Source: an uncultured Gemmatimonadaceae bacterium (GTDB lineage: Bacteria; Gemmatimonadota; Gemmatimonadetes; Gemmatimonadales; GWC2-71-9). From it: a stretch of DNA of 64,000 bases. Location: contig CAZOJI010000012.1 in the NCBI GenBank assembly GCA_964580055.1, positions 7,581 through 71,580 of the forward strand, written 5' to 3'. The notes below the pieces were generated by a model. The model was not told where the DNA came from, ran no database searches, and saw only the letters and a list, made by a program, of their open reading frames with translations. A program made the position numbers and the translations under genes. Within the stretch, counting starts at the first letter, position 1. The number at the start of each line of letters is the position of its first letter. Shown in pieces: positions 41,395 to 50,863 of the stretch.

Positions 41395-41453
41395 GGAAGC
41401 TATCTGTGTCTGTAGGTCAGTTAGTCGAGAGCGTTCGCCAAGCCATGAGCACC

Positions 41454-43040
41454 CTACCTTCCGCCCTCGATGATCGATAGCTCCACACGCCTGTTGCGCG
41501 CGCGCCCTTCAGGAGTCCCGTTTGTGGCAATGGGCCTGTCGGGACCGTAACCTCGCGCCTCCATACGCTCCGGCGCGATGCCTTTGCGCGCCAGATACAT
41601 CATGACCGCCCTGGCTCTGGCCAAGGAGAGTCTTCTGTTCACCTCCGCACTCCCCGTAGCGTCGGTATGGCCAGCGATCTCCACTCGAATCTCGGGGTGC
41701 GCCTCTAGCGACGCAGCAACCGCGTCCAGAGTAGCGTAGGACTCCTCGGTGAGCACAGATCTCCCGGACGCAAATCTCACTCCCCGGAGCACGAGGGGAC
41801 GACGCTGGCCCTGGTCCACCATGAACAAAACCGGGCACCCCACCGCGTCGACATTCTGACCCGGCGCTGTATTGGGGCAGCGGTCGTCTGTGTCTACTAC
41901 CCCGTCGCCGTCGGAGTCCCGGGCTAGTCTGCATCCCTGCGTATCTACCGGGGTCCCTCGAGGTGTGCCGGGGCACGCATCCCTCTCGTCCAGCACGCCG
42001 TCTTCGTCGGAGTCGAGCGGGCAGCCTGTTTCATCGACAGCCACTCCCACCGGGGTCCCCGGGCACCTGTCGATTCCGTCGAATACAGTGTCCCCGTCTT
42101 CGTCGGTGGGGCAGCCATTTTCATCAATGATCGCACCTGCGGGTGTGTCCGGACAACTGTCCAACCCGTCGAAGATGCCGTCCGCGTCGCTGTCCGTCGG
42201 ACAACCGCTGGCATCGACTTCTGCTCTTTCGGGCGTATCGGGACAGGCGTCTATGCCGTCAAAGACGCCGTCGGAGTCGGCATCGCTGGGACATCCCACT
42301 GGGTCGACAGTAGCGCCCGCAGGCGTGCCAGTACACGCATCGAGCCCGTCAAGAACGCCATCGCCGTCCTCGTCACTGGGGCAGCCAACGTCATCCACGA
42401 CGGCACCCATCGGAGTATGCGGGCACTCGTCTTGGGTGTCCCTGACGAGGTCGTGGTCTCGGTCGCGCGGCGGCCCCCCGAAGGCGAATACAGAAAGCCC
42501 GGCCGACACGCTGAGCTGCATGGATGGCCAGAACACGCTGCGGCCCTCGATACGCAGTCCCGCACGCCCACCCAGAGAGATCCGCTCTCCGATAACGCCA
42601 TGCGCCCCGGTTGTCATATCATCCAGAGCCCCCCGATAAAACTGCCGCTGCAGGCCCGCACCCAAGTAGAAGGCGGTCCAAGACACTGGGCGCGCGTGAG
42701 CGAGAACCGTACCGCTCAGTCGCGTGACGTCGACTCGCTCACCGGTCAACGCGAGATTGGTCACCGTGTAGTCGCCTGTTCCTTCGACCGAGAGCATACG
42801 GGTCACAAAAAACCCGACGTGCGCACCGGCGCCGTATGCACCATCCAAGTCGAGACTGTCACCATGTTTGGCCAGCATCCCAAAGGACCCCAGCTCGACT
42901 TGTCCTTTGCTCCCCGACTGGGCCAGGCATGGGGTCGAAAGGGCAACTGAACACGCGAAAAACGCGTACAGTGCCGTGCGGATAGATACGCTACGTGTCG
43001 ACATGATGTCCAATCTAAGAAGTCTCGGCTGGGGTGTCAT
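41454..43040 (-). CDS. OmpA-family protein with beta-barrel, TSP3 Ca-binding repeats and PG-binding domain
   Basis: Repeated DxDxDGVxDxxDxCPxTP; C-terminal GHTD, LSLARA, GYG, NRRVE. Confidence 0.93.
   Translation of the reverse strand: MTPQPRLLRLDIMSTRSVSIRTALYAFFACSVALSTPCLAQSGSKGQVELGSFGMLAKHGDSLDLDGAYGAGAHVGFFVTRMLSVEGTGDYTVTNLALTGERVDVTRLSGTVLAHARPVSWTAFYLGAGLQRQFYRGALDDMTTGAHGVIGERISLGGRAGLRIEGRSVFWPSMQLSVSAGLSVFAFGGPPRDRDHDLVRDTQDECPHTPMGAVVDDVGCPSDEDGDGVLDGLDACTGTPAGATVDPVGCPSDADSDGVFDGIDACPDTPERAEVDASGCPTDSDADGIFDGLDSCPDTPAGAIIDENGCPTDEDGDTVFDGIDRCPGTPVGVAVDETGCPLDSDEDGVLDERDACPGTPRGTPVDTQGCRLARDSDGDGVVDTDDRCPNTAPGQNVDAVGCPVLFMVDQGQRRPLVLRGVRFASGRSVLTEESYATLDAVAASLEAHPEIRVEIAGHTDATGSAEVNRRLSLARARAVMMYLARKGIAPERMEARGYGPDRPIATNGTPEGRARNRRVELSIIEGGR
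41835..42466 (-). repeat. About 7 tandem ~90-bp coding repeats (thrombospondin type-3-like)
   Basis: Units D(S/A/E)DxDGVxDxxDxCPxTPxGxxVDxxGCP inside OmpA. Confidence 0.85.
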
Positions 43041-45220
43041 TAGTCTGAAACATCGTTTCGTGTTTCAGTGGTTTGCTTCGTCGTTTGGCACCGCGCACGC
43101 TCACTCTTCGAGTCATCGGTCGGACTCACCTCACCGTTCTGTTTCTGGCTTCCACCACCCATCTCCCGAGCGAGAGATGTAATGCTGGCGGCGTCTCGAG
43201 CCAAATCCTCGACCCTGTCCAGCTGAGCAACGATTCTCTTCTTCAGATCTCCGAGTTGCCCAATTGATAGCTCGGCCGCATCCTTCGCTTGTTTCAGAGT
43301 GTTCGCCATTTCTTCGGTCATACCGTGGCCGGACACCGGCAGTTCTGCAAAGCTGGCACTGGCATCGCGTGCTTCGCCTGCCGTGGCAACTATTCGCTCG
43401 AGATCATCCATCCATTGCTTGGAGATAGTGGAGAGTCGATTCAAGTGAACCTGCAGGTCCTCGAGTACCTTAGTGGCACCTTCTATGGCTCGATTGGTAT
43501 CCTGCCAGCTGCGGCCCATGTTGTGCGCCGCTACAGCGCTCTGCTCGGCGAGCTTGCGAACTTCTTCGGCGACCACAGCGAATCCTTTGCCGTGAACACC
43601 GGTGCGCGCGGCTTCAATGGTTGCGTTCAATGCAAGGAGGTTTGTCTGGTTGGCTATTGAGGCAATGGTCTCAGTGAACTGCTCGATGCCCCTCGCGGCA
43701 TCGCGTAGCCGTCTCACCTCGCTCACGCCCAGTTGAATCGTTGCATCTAGCGACTCGATCTGAGAGGCCGCGTGACGATTCGCCTCATGAACTACGGATA
43801 CCGCCTGCGAAACGGTTTCGGAGGCCCGCTGCATCTCTTTGCCGGCTTGTAGAAGATCGGCGGATTTTTCGAGCAACTGTTGGGCAGAGTCGACCGCTGC
43901 TTCGGTTAGCTCGACCGCTCGCCGTGAATTGGATTCGGCATCCTCGGCAGTCTCCAGGATTCCAGTGTTAGCACCTCTCGCTGCTCCCACTCCAAGCCCT
44001 ATCCGCTCGCTGCGGTCGAGTAATGCGCCAACCGTTCTCGCCAACCTGGAAAACGCACCTTCAACGCTGAGGAGCTGCGCCAACAGCGGAGCTACGCTCA
44101 CCAATCGTTCGGCGTCTGATGCCGAATAACGTGAAGGCCGCGAATGGGAAACCTTCCACACCCCTAGCGGCACGTCACCTCGGACCAGCGGAATGATTAT
44201 CTCGGAGTCGAACAGCATCGCGTCAATATTGTTTTCGTCGTTACCGGTATTCGATCCCACCACCATTGGCCGTCCTTCTCGAAGAGCGTCGGCAACCCGT
44301 CCTCGGCTCGCGTCAAATCTATGGCCGGCATTCCCTGAGGAGTCGGCTAACACCACGATCTCCTGAGCATCGCTATCAAAGGCGGATAGCGACATATGCT
44401 CCCATTCAAGTAGCGGGGCCGAGACTCGCTGCAGTGATGCAAATGCGGCTTGAACCGTGCCTGCCTCTGCTACGGCTTTCGTCAAGTTCTGCAGAATCAA
44501 CCAGACGTCAGACTTCACGGCCGCCCTGAAGACCAGCAACGAGAGATATGTCGCGGCAGCAAGAAATACGCCCACCAAAACTAACGGTGCCACATCCAGA
44601 TTCGACGTCAGAACCCTCACCCAACCCAAAGCCAATACGATTCCTGTAGTACACGTTACGGCGACCCACTTCGTGAACAGCCGAGTCGCGTCAGCGGTGA
44701 GACTGTGATATGCAGCGAGTTCAAGGGAGGTCGTCACATGGTCGAGCACCGCCAACGCCAAAAAAATAGCAACCAGCAACGGCGTGTATTCGAGGCGGAT
44801 TGCGTTGCTGCCTGAAGGTCCCTCCAAGACGAGATACAAGAGCGCGGTCAAACCGGTCACTAGCGCTATACGAGCTGCCGATCGCAGAGCCAGGGCCATC
44901 GTCTTGCGTTGCAGGCCTGCTTCAGCAACTAGTGTCCCCAGTCCCAGCGCAATCGCGGCGGTGGCCCAGTCGCTGAGTAGGATACCGGCAAAAGCAACGG
45001 CGCAAACGTATGACACGTGGCTGTGTCTTGGAAGCGGGATGGCAAGGAGTACTGCGACAGCGGTCGCCAAGGCTAACAGCAACAACGCGAATACGGAGCC
45101 GGCCAGTTGGAACCCAGGTGCGGACAATACCTTCACGAGCGCGCAGGTGACCACCACCAGCCCGCCCACCGAGACGGCCGCATTCAGCAAGCGGATGTTT
45201 CGAGCGCTCGAGGTTACCAT
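43040..45220 (-). CDS. Methyl-accepting chemotaxis protein with multi-TM N-terminus and GAF domain
   Basis: [38 protein letters not shown]; several TM helices; GAF-like IIIPL..PLG; start MVTSS at 45220 inferred. Confidence 0.9.
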   Translation of the reverse strand: MVTSSARNIRLLNAAVSVGGLVVVTCALVKVLSAPGFQLAGSVFALLLLALATAVAVLLAIPLPRHSHVSYVCAVAFAGILLSDWATAAIALGLGTLVAEAGLQRKTMALALRSAARIALVTGLTALLYLVLEGPSGSNAIRLEYTPLLVAIFLALAVLDHVTTSLELAAYHSLTADATRLFTKWVAVTCTTGIVLALGWVRVLTSNLDVAPLVLVGVFLAAATYLSLLVFRAAVKSDVWLILQNLTKAVAEAGTVQAAFASLQRVSAPLLEWEHMSLSAFDSDAQEIVVLADSSGNAGHRFDASRGRVADALREGRPMVVGSNTGNDENNIDAMLFDSEIIIPLVRGDVPLGVWKVSHSRPSRYSASDAERLVSVAPLLAQLLSVEGAFSRLARTVGALLDRSERIGLGVGAARGANTGILETAEDAESNSRRAVELTEAAVDSAQQLLEKSADLLQAGKEMQRASETVSQAVSVVHEANRHAASQIESLDATIQLGVSEVRRLRDAARGIEQFTETIASIANQTNLLALNATIEAARTGVHGKGFAVVAEEVRKLAEQSAVAAHNMGRSWQDTNRAIEGATKVLEDLQVHLNRLSTISKQWMDDLERIVATAGEARDASASFAELPVSGHGMTEEMANTLKQAKDAAELSIGQLGDLKKRIVAQLDRVEDLARDAASITSLAREMGGGSQKQNGEVSPTDDSKSERARCQTTKQTTETRNDVSD

Positions 45221-45331
45221 CGCAGATTGACTCCAAATCCAGGGTGACGGAGTTCGCTGCGAATCCAAGACGGACTCCATATCATACGGCAACGCCCATA
45301 GTTTTAAGAACATACCATTTGTGGAGGAACA

Positions 45332-45565
45332 ATGCGGGTGACGATTGAATATTGCGCTGTTTGAAACTACGAACCGCGGGCTGCCAGTTCGGCGGCCGAG
45401 ATCAAAGAGGTTTTTCCAGACGCCGAGGTCGAACTAATCGCGAGTGGCGGTGGCGTGTTTGAGGTGACAGTAGACGGCCGACTGGTATTCTCCAAAAAAT
45501 CCCTCAATCGCCATGCTGAGCCTGGAGAAGTGGTAGAGTTGGCACGGCAGGCCCAAACCGGCTGA
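45332..45565 (+). CDS. SelW/SelT/SelH (Rdx) family selenoprotein, CxxU
   Basis: SD GGAGGA; [20 protein letters not shown]...[19 protein letters not shown]; in-frame TGA at 45362-45364; 77 aa. Confidence 0.9.
45379..45397 (+). promoter_or_regulatory. Candidate bacterial SECIS hairpin
   Basis: GGCTGCC-AGTTC-GGCGGCC stem-loop; loop begins 21 nt after the UGA and has G in position 2. Confidence 0.7.
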
Positions 45566-45591
45566 ACGAGAGTATTCAATAGCCATTGGCT

Positions 45592-45627
45592 CGGCCGGTC
45601 CGCTCCAGGGCGAACGCGGACCGGCCG
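45592..45627. terminator. 12-bp perfect stem-loop between convergent genes
   Basis: CGGCCGGTCCGC-N12-GCGGACCGGCCG; no clear U-tail. Confidence 0.5.
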
Positions 45628-45689
45628 CCACATCTCCGACTTGTTGGCCTAACTCATACCGAGCGGGTTCAAGGCGTGATTCGGTGCGT

Positions 45690-46940
45690 TCAGGCCGCGT
45701 CCTTCTTGCCCTCTTCTGGGATGTTGAGTTCACCCTCTGACTTCGCGACCCAAACGGCGCAGCAGGTATCCCCGGTAACGTTTACGGCGGTACGGGCCAT
45801 GTCGAGAATTCTCTCGACACCTACGACGAGAGCAATACCCTCCAGTGGGATCCCCAGCTGCGTAAGTACGATTGTCAGCGTGACCATTCCGATACCCGGC
45901 ACACCGGCGGCTCCGATCGACGCCAGAGTCGCGGTGAGTACCACAGTCACCAAGTCAGGGAAACCGAGAGAGATTCCGAATACCTGAGCGATGAAGATGG
46001 TACTCACGCCCTGGTAGATGGCTGTGCCGTTCATGTTCACCGTGGCGCCAAGAGGCAATACGAACGCGGCTACTTCGTTGGAAACGCCGAGGTCTTCTTC
46101 GCTTACCTGGAGGTTGACGGCGAGTGTGGCGTTGCTCGACGAGGTCGAGAAAGCGAATACCATCACCTCGTAGAATCTCTTCAGGAAAAGCAGCGGAGGC
46201 ATTCCGGACAGGCGCAACGAAATCGGGTAGAATGTCACGACGAACACCAGCATCGTGCCCAAGGTGACCAGCACGTACTTTAGCAGAGTTAGCAGAATAG
46301 CGTAGCCGAACTGCGCCGCCACCGCCGCAATCAAGGCGAACACTCCGTAAGGCGCCAGCTGCATGACTCCCTTCACGAGCACGATCATCGCGTCGTTGAC
46401 GGTCTGCAGCAAATATAGCAGCGGTTTTCGCTGCTCTTCAGGCAGAATTGTCAGCGCGATACCGAAGAGAAGCGCGAAGAAGATGATCTGCAGGAAATTC
46501 GTGTCCGCCATTGCACGGAACGGATTCCTTGGGATGATCCTGACGAAAAGGTCCCCGATGGACGGCCGCTCGGCAACCTGATCCAACTGTTCTTGAGTGA
46601 CGCCCGCATAGTCGCTCAGCATTCTCTCCTTCACGTCCTCATCCATACCCGCGCCGGGGTTCAGCGCCTGACCGGCCGCCAATCCCATGGCTACCGCAAC
46701 AGCAGTGGCAACCAGGTAATAGCCGACGGTCTTGATCCCTATCCGCCCGAGTCTCCGCAGGTTGCCCAGGCTGGCGGTTCCCACTATCAGGGACGCCATG
46801 ACCAGCGGCACGACTATCATGATTAGGAGGTTTATGAACGCGTCACCGAGCGGCTTGATCATAGTCGCGAAATCGCCCAACAGAGGTCCGAGTAACGCCC
46901 CGAGTATCAAGCCGAGTAGGATCTTGGTGTGCAGTTTCAT
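45690..46940 (-). CDS. Dicarboxylate/amino acid:cation symporter (GltP/DAACS)
   Basis: FSTSSSNATL, LPLGATVNMNGT, ASIGAAGVPG, DMARTAVNVTGD. Confidence 0.95.
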   Translation of the reverse strand: MKLHTKILLGLILGALLGPLLGDFATMIKPLGDAFINLLIMIVVPLVMASLIVGTASLGNLRRLGRIGIKTVGYYLVATAVAVAMGLAAGQALNPGAGMDEDVKERMLSDYAGVTQEQLDQVAERPSIGDLFVRIIPRNPFRAMADTNFLQIIFFALLFGIALTILPEEQRKPLLYLLQTVNDAMIVLVKGVMQLAPYGVFALIAAVAAQFGYAILLTLLKYVLVTLGTMLVFVVTFYPISLRLSGMPPLLFLKRFYEVMVFAFSTSSSNATLAVNLQVSEEDLGVSNEVAAFVLPLGATVNMNGTAIYQGVSTIFIAQVFGISLGFPDLVTVVLTATLASIGAAGVPGIGMVTLTIVLTQLGIPLEGIALVVGVERILDMARTAVNVTGDTCCAVWVAKSEGELNIPEEGKKDAA

Positions 46941-47071
46941 ACAGTGTGTCCCGGTCTTGTGTCGATTGTTAGCTTGAACGCTGGCATTTGATATAAACCT
47001 TGTTCCGGTCCGCCAGTGTGCGCGCATGGCAGGGATGCAATGTACCAAGACGACCCGATCTTGTTGAGCCG

Positions 47072-49621
47072 ATGAGCCCGTTCTCTCGTATCAGAGACCA
47101 CTATCTGCCTCCCGATCCGGCGGAGTTCAGACGTCAGGAGCCCCGCAGCGGCCGGATAATAGTGATCGCGCCCACCCGGGCCGCATGCGAGACAATTGAG
47201 CTGGCTATGGAGCTCAAGCTGGAAACCGTCCTGGAACGCGAACATGGCGACGAGATCCGCGATCTGGCCGCCAGGCGTGTCGGTTTTGGAATCGTGGCAG
47301 CGACCGGCACCGGCAAGACACTCGCCATCAGGCCGATAGCGGAAGAAGCACTGCAAGCGCCGCTCAAGATTGGGGTTGTCAACAGGGAACGCGAGGCCAC
47401 GCCCGAGACACCAACCTGGAATGTAGTTATCGTCACCACTGGAATCGCTCGGCGTTGGTTTCAGGACGAACTGATAGACCGCCGCGACACGATAGTGGTG
47501 GATGAGATCCATCAGACCTCGGCGGAGCTCGAACTCTGTCTCGCACTCGGGAAGAGAGCCGGTTGTCGGTTTATCTGGCTCTCTGCGACGGTAGATCCCT
47601 CTTTCTACGCGCGGTACCTGGATTCCGTCGAGACTCTGGAAACAACGGTGTTCGACAGGACCCTGGCCGCCACGGTGCTTTACCGTTCCGAGGACCCGTT
47701 CGAATTCCTGGACGACCGTTTTGTGCGGCATGTGATGCGTGAGCAGCGCGGCGTGGCTGTGTTCTTACCGACACGCGCCCAGGTAGAGCAGATTGCTTCG
47801 TTGTTGGGTAGACGTTGGAACAAACTCAACGCCGCATTCTATCACGGTGGTGAACCAATAAGGGTCATAAGACCGTTCCTCGACGGGACGGCTCCGAAAC
47901 CATTTGTGCTGGCGATGACACAGGCGGGTCAGTCAGCTCTCAATGTGCGTGGATTGGACACCGTAGTGATATCAGATGCCTGCTATAATGTAGTGATCGA
48001 TCGTGGCCGGAACGTTCTCACGAAGCAGCATCTCTCGGCGAACGAGATCCTCCAGATGGCCGGAAGGGTGCACGGCCGAGTCGCGAAGGGTGAGGTGCAT
48101 CTGCTGACGGATCGCGATATCGAGTTCGAGACTCTTCAGCCGACAACACCCGAGTTCCAGCTGGCCGGGGACAGCGAGCGGGTGGCGCTGACCGCTGCGG
48201 CACTCGGTATCGATCTGTCCGAGCTGGATTTGCCGGTGCCTCTTGACCGAGTAGCCTACAACAGAGCCGTCGAAGAAATGACCAACCGGGGGCTGATCGA
48301 AGACGGTAGGCTCACGGAATACGGGCGCGATGTGGAAGCAATGCCCGTAGACAGGCCCTGGGGTGAATTGCTGGTGCATGCCGAGGAACATATCAGCCAA
48401 TTCGTGGCGGTGATGGCCAACATCGATTCGCTGCATCGCTTGACGCGAGAAGACCCGGATTTGCGCGGTCTGTTCGTTTCCGGAAGCGATCACCTCACGG
48501 GATACAACATATACGCTGAAGCGGTGAACGATTACGGCAGCATCGGTAGGGTGTACGGACTCGAGCGTCACCTGTTCGATGAAACCATTGACGAATGGTC
48601 TGAATCTCGTGGCGTACTCGTCAAGGGAATCGAGGACATAGCCCTCGGCATGGCCTCGGTGATGCGAACTCTGGAGCGGGAGCTTCCGGAAGAGATGCCA
48701 AAGGTCACCAGTCAGGTGGTGAACGGTTTCCGGGACCTGGTTGCGCGCGTGATGCCGTTCACCCTGGTCATGGATGGCGAGACCGCTGCTGGTGAGCGGG
48801 TGAAGCTATCGGCTTCGTCGGTTTGCGGAAGGCACTCAGCTATAGCTGGGACGCTCTCATACTTCGCGGATCGATATGGCACACCGCGCGGCGCAATCGA
48901 AGGCACGAGATTGCCCTTGAGACTCATCCAGCGCTACGCGAACCGCAGCAAGCCCGAGGTGGAACTCCGCATCCGACGCGGCCGGCCCAGACTGTTCCTG
49001 GTGCGCACATCTTGGTACGCCGGATTCGTGCTCGACCGCGAACGCACCGACATAGGGTACGATTTCCCTGATGAACACGCGGCAGATTTGAGGCGGGAGC
49101 TTGCGCGCAAACTTCGCGAGGGTGTTGCCCCACATCCCAGTAAAGAGCGGGTTTCCAAGAGCGTGCAGAGGATCGACGACTATTGGCGGAAATCGGGTGG
49201 TCAGCTGGCCGAAGCGAGTCCCGGAAAGGTGGAAGCAGAGCTGCTAGCTCAGCTGCAGGATGTCGACAGTTGGGGAGAATTCCAGGATAAGAAGATAGAC
49301 CTGAACAGCGACCGTTTCGTGCCGGAGCGGGAAAGGCGGGTCCTCGACGCCCTTCCCAACTCGGTGACGCTACGGGGTGCCAAAATCCCGGTGCGCTACG
49401 AGATCGAGGGCGACCAGGCTGTAGCCAGACTCCGCCTGCGGGCGGCGCTGGCGCGCCGGGTTCGCGAACGTGACCTTCCTGATCTCGACAGGCCTCTGCG
49501 GTTCAGCGTGTTCGTCGGCAAGAGAGAAATGATCTGCGCATCCTCATTTGAGGAAATGCGGGAGCGCCTATGCAATCTGCCGGCCGACCCACGCGGTCGG
49601 CGCAGGCGCAGGCGTCGCTAG
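47072..49621 (+). CDS. SF2 DExH-box helicase (HrpB-related)
   Basis: ATGTGKT, DEIH, SAT, FLPTR, YHGG, QMAGRVHGR, LTEYG..PV. Confidence 0.88.
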   Translation: MSPFSRIRDHYLPPDPAEFRRQEPRSGRIIVIAPTRAACETIELAMELKLETVLEREHGDEIRDLAARRVGFGIVAATGTGKTLAIRPIAEEALQAPLKIGVVNREREATPETPTWNVVIVTTGIARRWFQDELIDRRDTIVVDEIHQTSAELELCLALGKRAGCRFIWLSATVDPSFYARYLDSVETLETTVFDRTLAATVLYRSEDPFEFLDDRFVRHVMREQRGVAVFLPTRAQVEQIASLLGRRWNKLNAAFYHGGEPIRVIRPFLDGTAPKPFVLAMTQAGQSALNVRGLDTVVISDACYNVVIDRGRNVLTKQHLSANEILQMAGRVHGRVAKGEVHLLTDRDIEFETLQPTTPEFQLAGDSERVALTAAALGIDLSELDLPVPLDRVAYNRAVEEMTNRGLIEDGRLTEYGRDVEAMPVDRPWGELLVHAEEHISQFVAVMANIDSLHRLTREDPDLRGLFVSGSDHLTGYNIYAEAVNDYGSIGRVYGLERHLFDETIDEWSESRGVLVKGIEDIALGMASVMRTLERELPEEMPKVTSQVVNGFRDLVARVMPFTLVMDGETAAGERVKLSASSVCGRHSAIAGTLSYFADRYGTPRGAIEGTRLPLRLIQRYANRSKPEVELRIRRGRPRLFLVRTSWYAGFVLDRERTDIGYDFPDEHAADLRRELARKLREGVAPHPSKERVSKSVQRIDDYWRKSGGQLAEASPGKVEAELLAQLQDVDSWGEFQDKKIDLNSDRFVPERERRVLDALPNSVTLRGAKIPVRYEIEGDQAVARLRLRAALARRVRERDLPDLDRPLRFSVFVGKREMICASSFEEMRERLCNLPADPRGRRRRRRR

Positions 49622-50202
49622 TCAGCCGGTCGGGTGAGCGAAAGCATGGCGAGCCACGCAGCCGAGTAGGCGCCCTCCAGGGCCTTTGGTTCCGTTCCCG
49701 CGGCAAGTTGAAAGCCCATGCCGTCAACCACTGCACCCACGAGTCTTCCGATTTCGGCATCAGGTATGGTCGGCGTCAGGCCAAGTTCGTTGCGCAGCAT
49801 CGCTGAAAACCGGCCGGCCAGGCATTCGGCAAACTCGGCACGGAGCCTGTTGGCCAATCCGCCAGTGAGCCGCCCAGCCGCACCCACCAGCGATTGCCAC
49901 GCCCGAACCGTACCATCCGCTGACTCAGCGACCAATAGCGACCACGACCGCTCCAGCGCCTCGTTTGCAGATGGAGTCTCAAAGGCCGACTTCCAGCGGC
50001 TCGTTCTTTGATCCAACAAAAGCTCAGCAACCGAGGAAAGCAGTCCCTGCTTGGTCTTGAAGTGATAGTGGACCAACCCCTTCGCTGAACCCGCTGCCTT
50101 GGCCACCGCTTCGACGCTAACCGATTCGGCCCCTCTCTCCCTTGTCAAAGCCGTCGCACTTTCGAGGATCCTGTGCCTGGCCTTTCCACGTCTTGCCGCC
50201 AC
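49618..50202 (-). CDS. TetR/AcrR family regulator
   Basis: RILESA..VEAVAKAAG.AKGLVHYHFKTKQGL. Confidence 0.92.
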   Translation of the reverse strand: MAARRGKARHRILESATALTRERGAESVSVEAVAKAAGSAKGLVHYHFKTKQGLLSSVAELLLDQRTSRWKSAFETPSANEALERSWSLLVAESADGTVRAWQSLVGAAGRLTGGLANRLRAEFAECLAGRFSAMLRNELGLTPTIPDAEIGRLVGAVVDGMGFQLAAGTEPKALEGAYSAAWLAMLSLTRPAD

Positions 50203-50214
50203 GAGCGCCCCCCC

Positions 50215-50333
50215 TGACTGTCTGTACGGTCAATGCGAAGGAATTTCCTCAGACACACGATCAAGATAACTTTGAGCCGAGCTATTGGCCAGACGGTCAG
50301 GCTAATGCGCCGCCAGTGACTGCAAGCCGGTCA
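50215..50333. promoter_or_regulatory. Three candidate TetR operators
   Basis: TGACTG-N6-CGGTCA (50215), TGGCC-AGA-CGGTCA (50286), TGACTG-N5-CGGTCA (50317). Confidence 0.5.
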
Positions 50334-50419
50334 CGTGAGCTGGTTGCAACGAATGACTCGAATTGAAACCTCATGTGTGTCAGGAGCGTACAGACTTCTG
50401 CGTGGCTATTGAAGGTACC

Positions 50420-50863
50420 ATGACTATGTCATCCGTCTTCTCGCCGCTGGCCCGAGCGGTGCTCGACTCGTTGGCCGAGGGAGTCGTAGTTTTTGACTCT
50501 CAAGGCCGCCTCGTTTACACAAATGGTCCTGCGCAAGCGGCGCTACGGACTGTCTCGCGAGAGGTGAGGTGGTCGGCTGAATCGCTGGTGCCGGAACTCG
50601 CGCAGCTTGGCGCGCGCGTTGCGCCGCTGCGGGTTGGGGAGACTAAGGTGGGCGAGGCAGTGTATTTGCCGGATGCCACCGGGCAGGCCAAAACGCTCGC
50701 GGAGAGAGAACGCAGAGCGATTCTGCAGACTCTGGAGAACAATGGATGGCGTCTGGCGCAGAGTGCCAGGGCGCTGGGAATATCGCGCACCACATTGTGG
50801 CGACGCCTCAAAGAATACGGGTTACACCGCAGTGGCCGGGGCAAATGGTCACTGCCCTCCTAG
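50420..50863 (+). CDS. PAS-like + Fis-type HTH protein
   Basis: LDSLAEGVVVFDSQGRLVYTN; TLAERERRAILQTL..W..SARALGISRTTLWRRLKEYG. Confidence 0.85.
   Translation: MTMSSVFSPLARAVLDSLAEGVVVFDSQGRLVYTNGPAQAALRTVSREVRWSAESLVPELAQLGARVAPLRVGETKVGEAVYLPDATGQAKTLAERERRAILQTLENNGWRLAQSARALGISRTTLWRRLKEYGLHRSGRGKWSLPS

Noticed and set aside
41835-42466. Regular ~90-bp repeats as a possible CRISPR array
   Set aside because: They are degenerate in-frame TSP3 protein repeats without identical direct repeats or spacers
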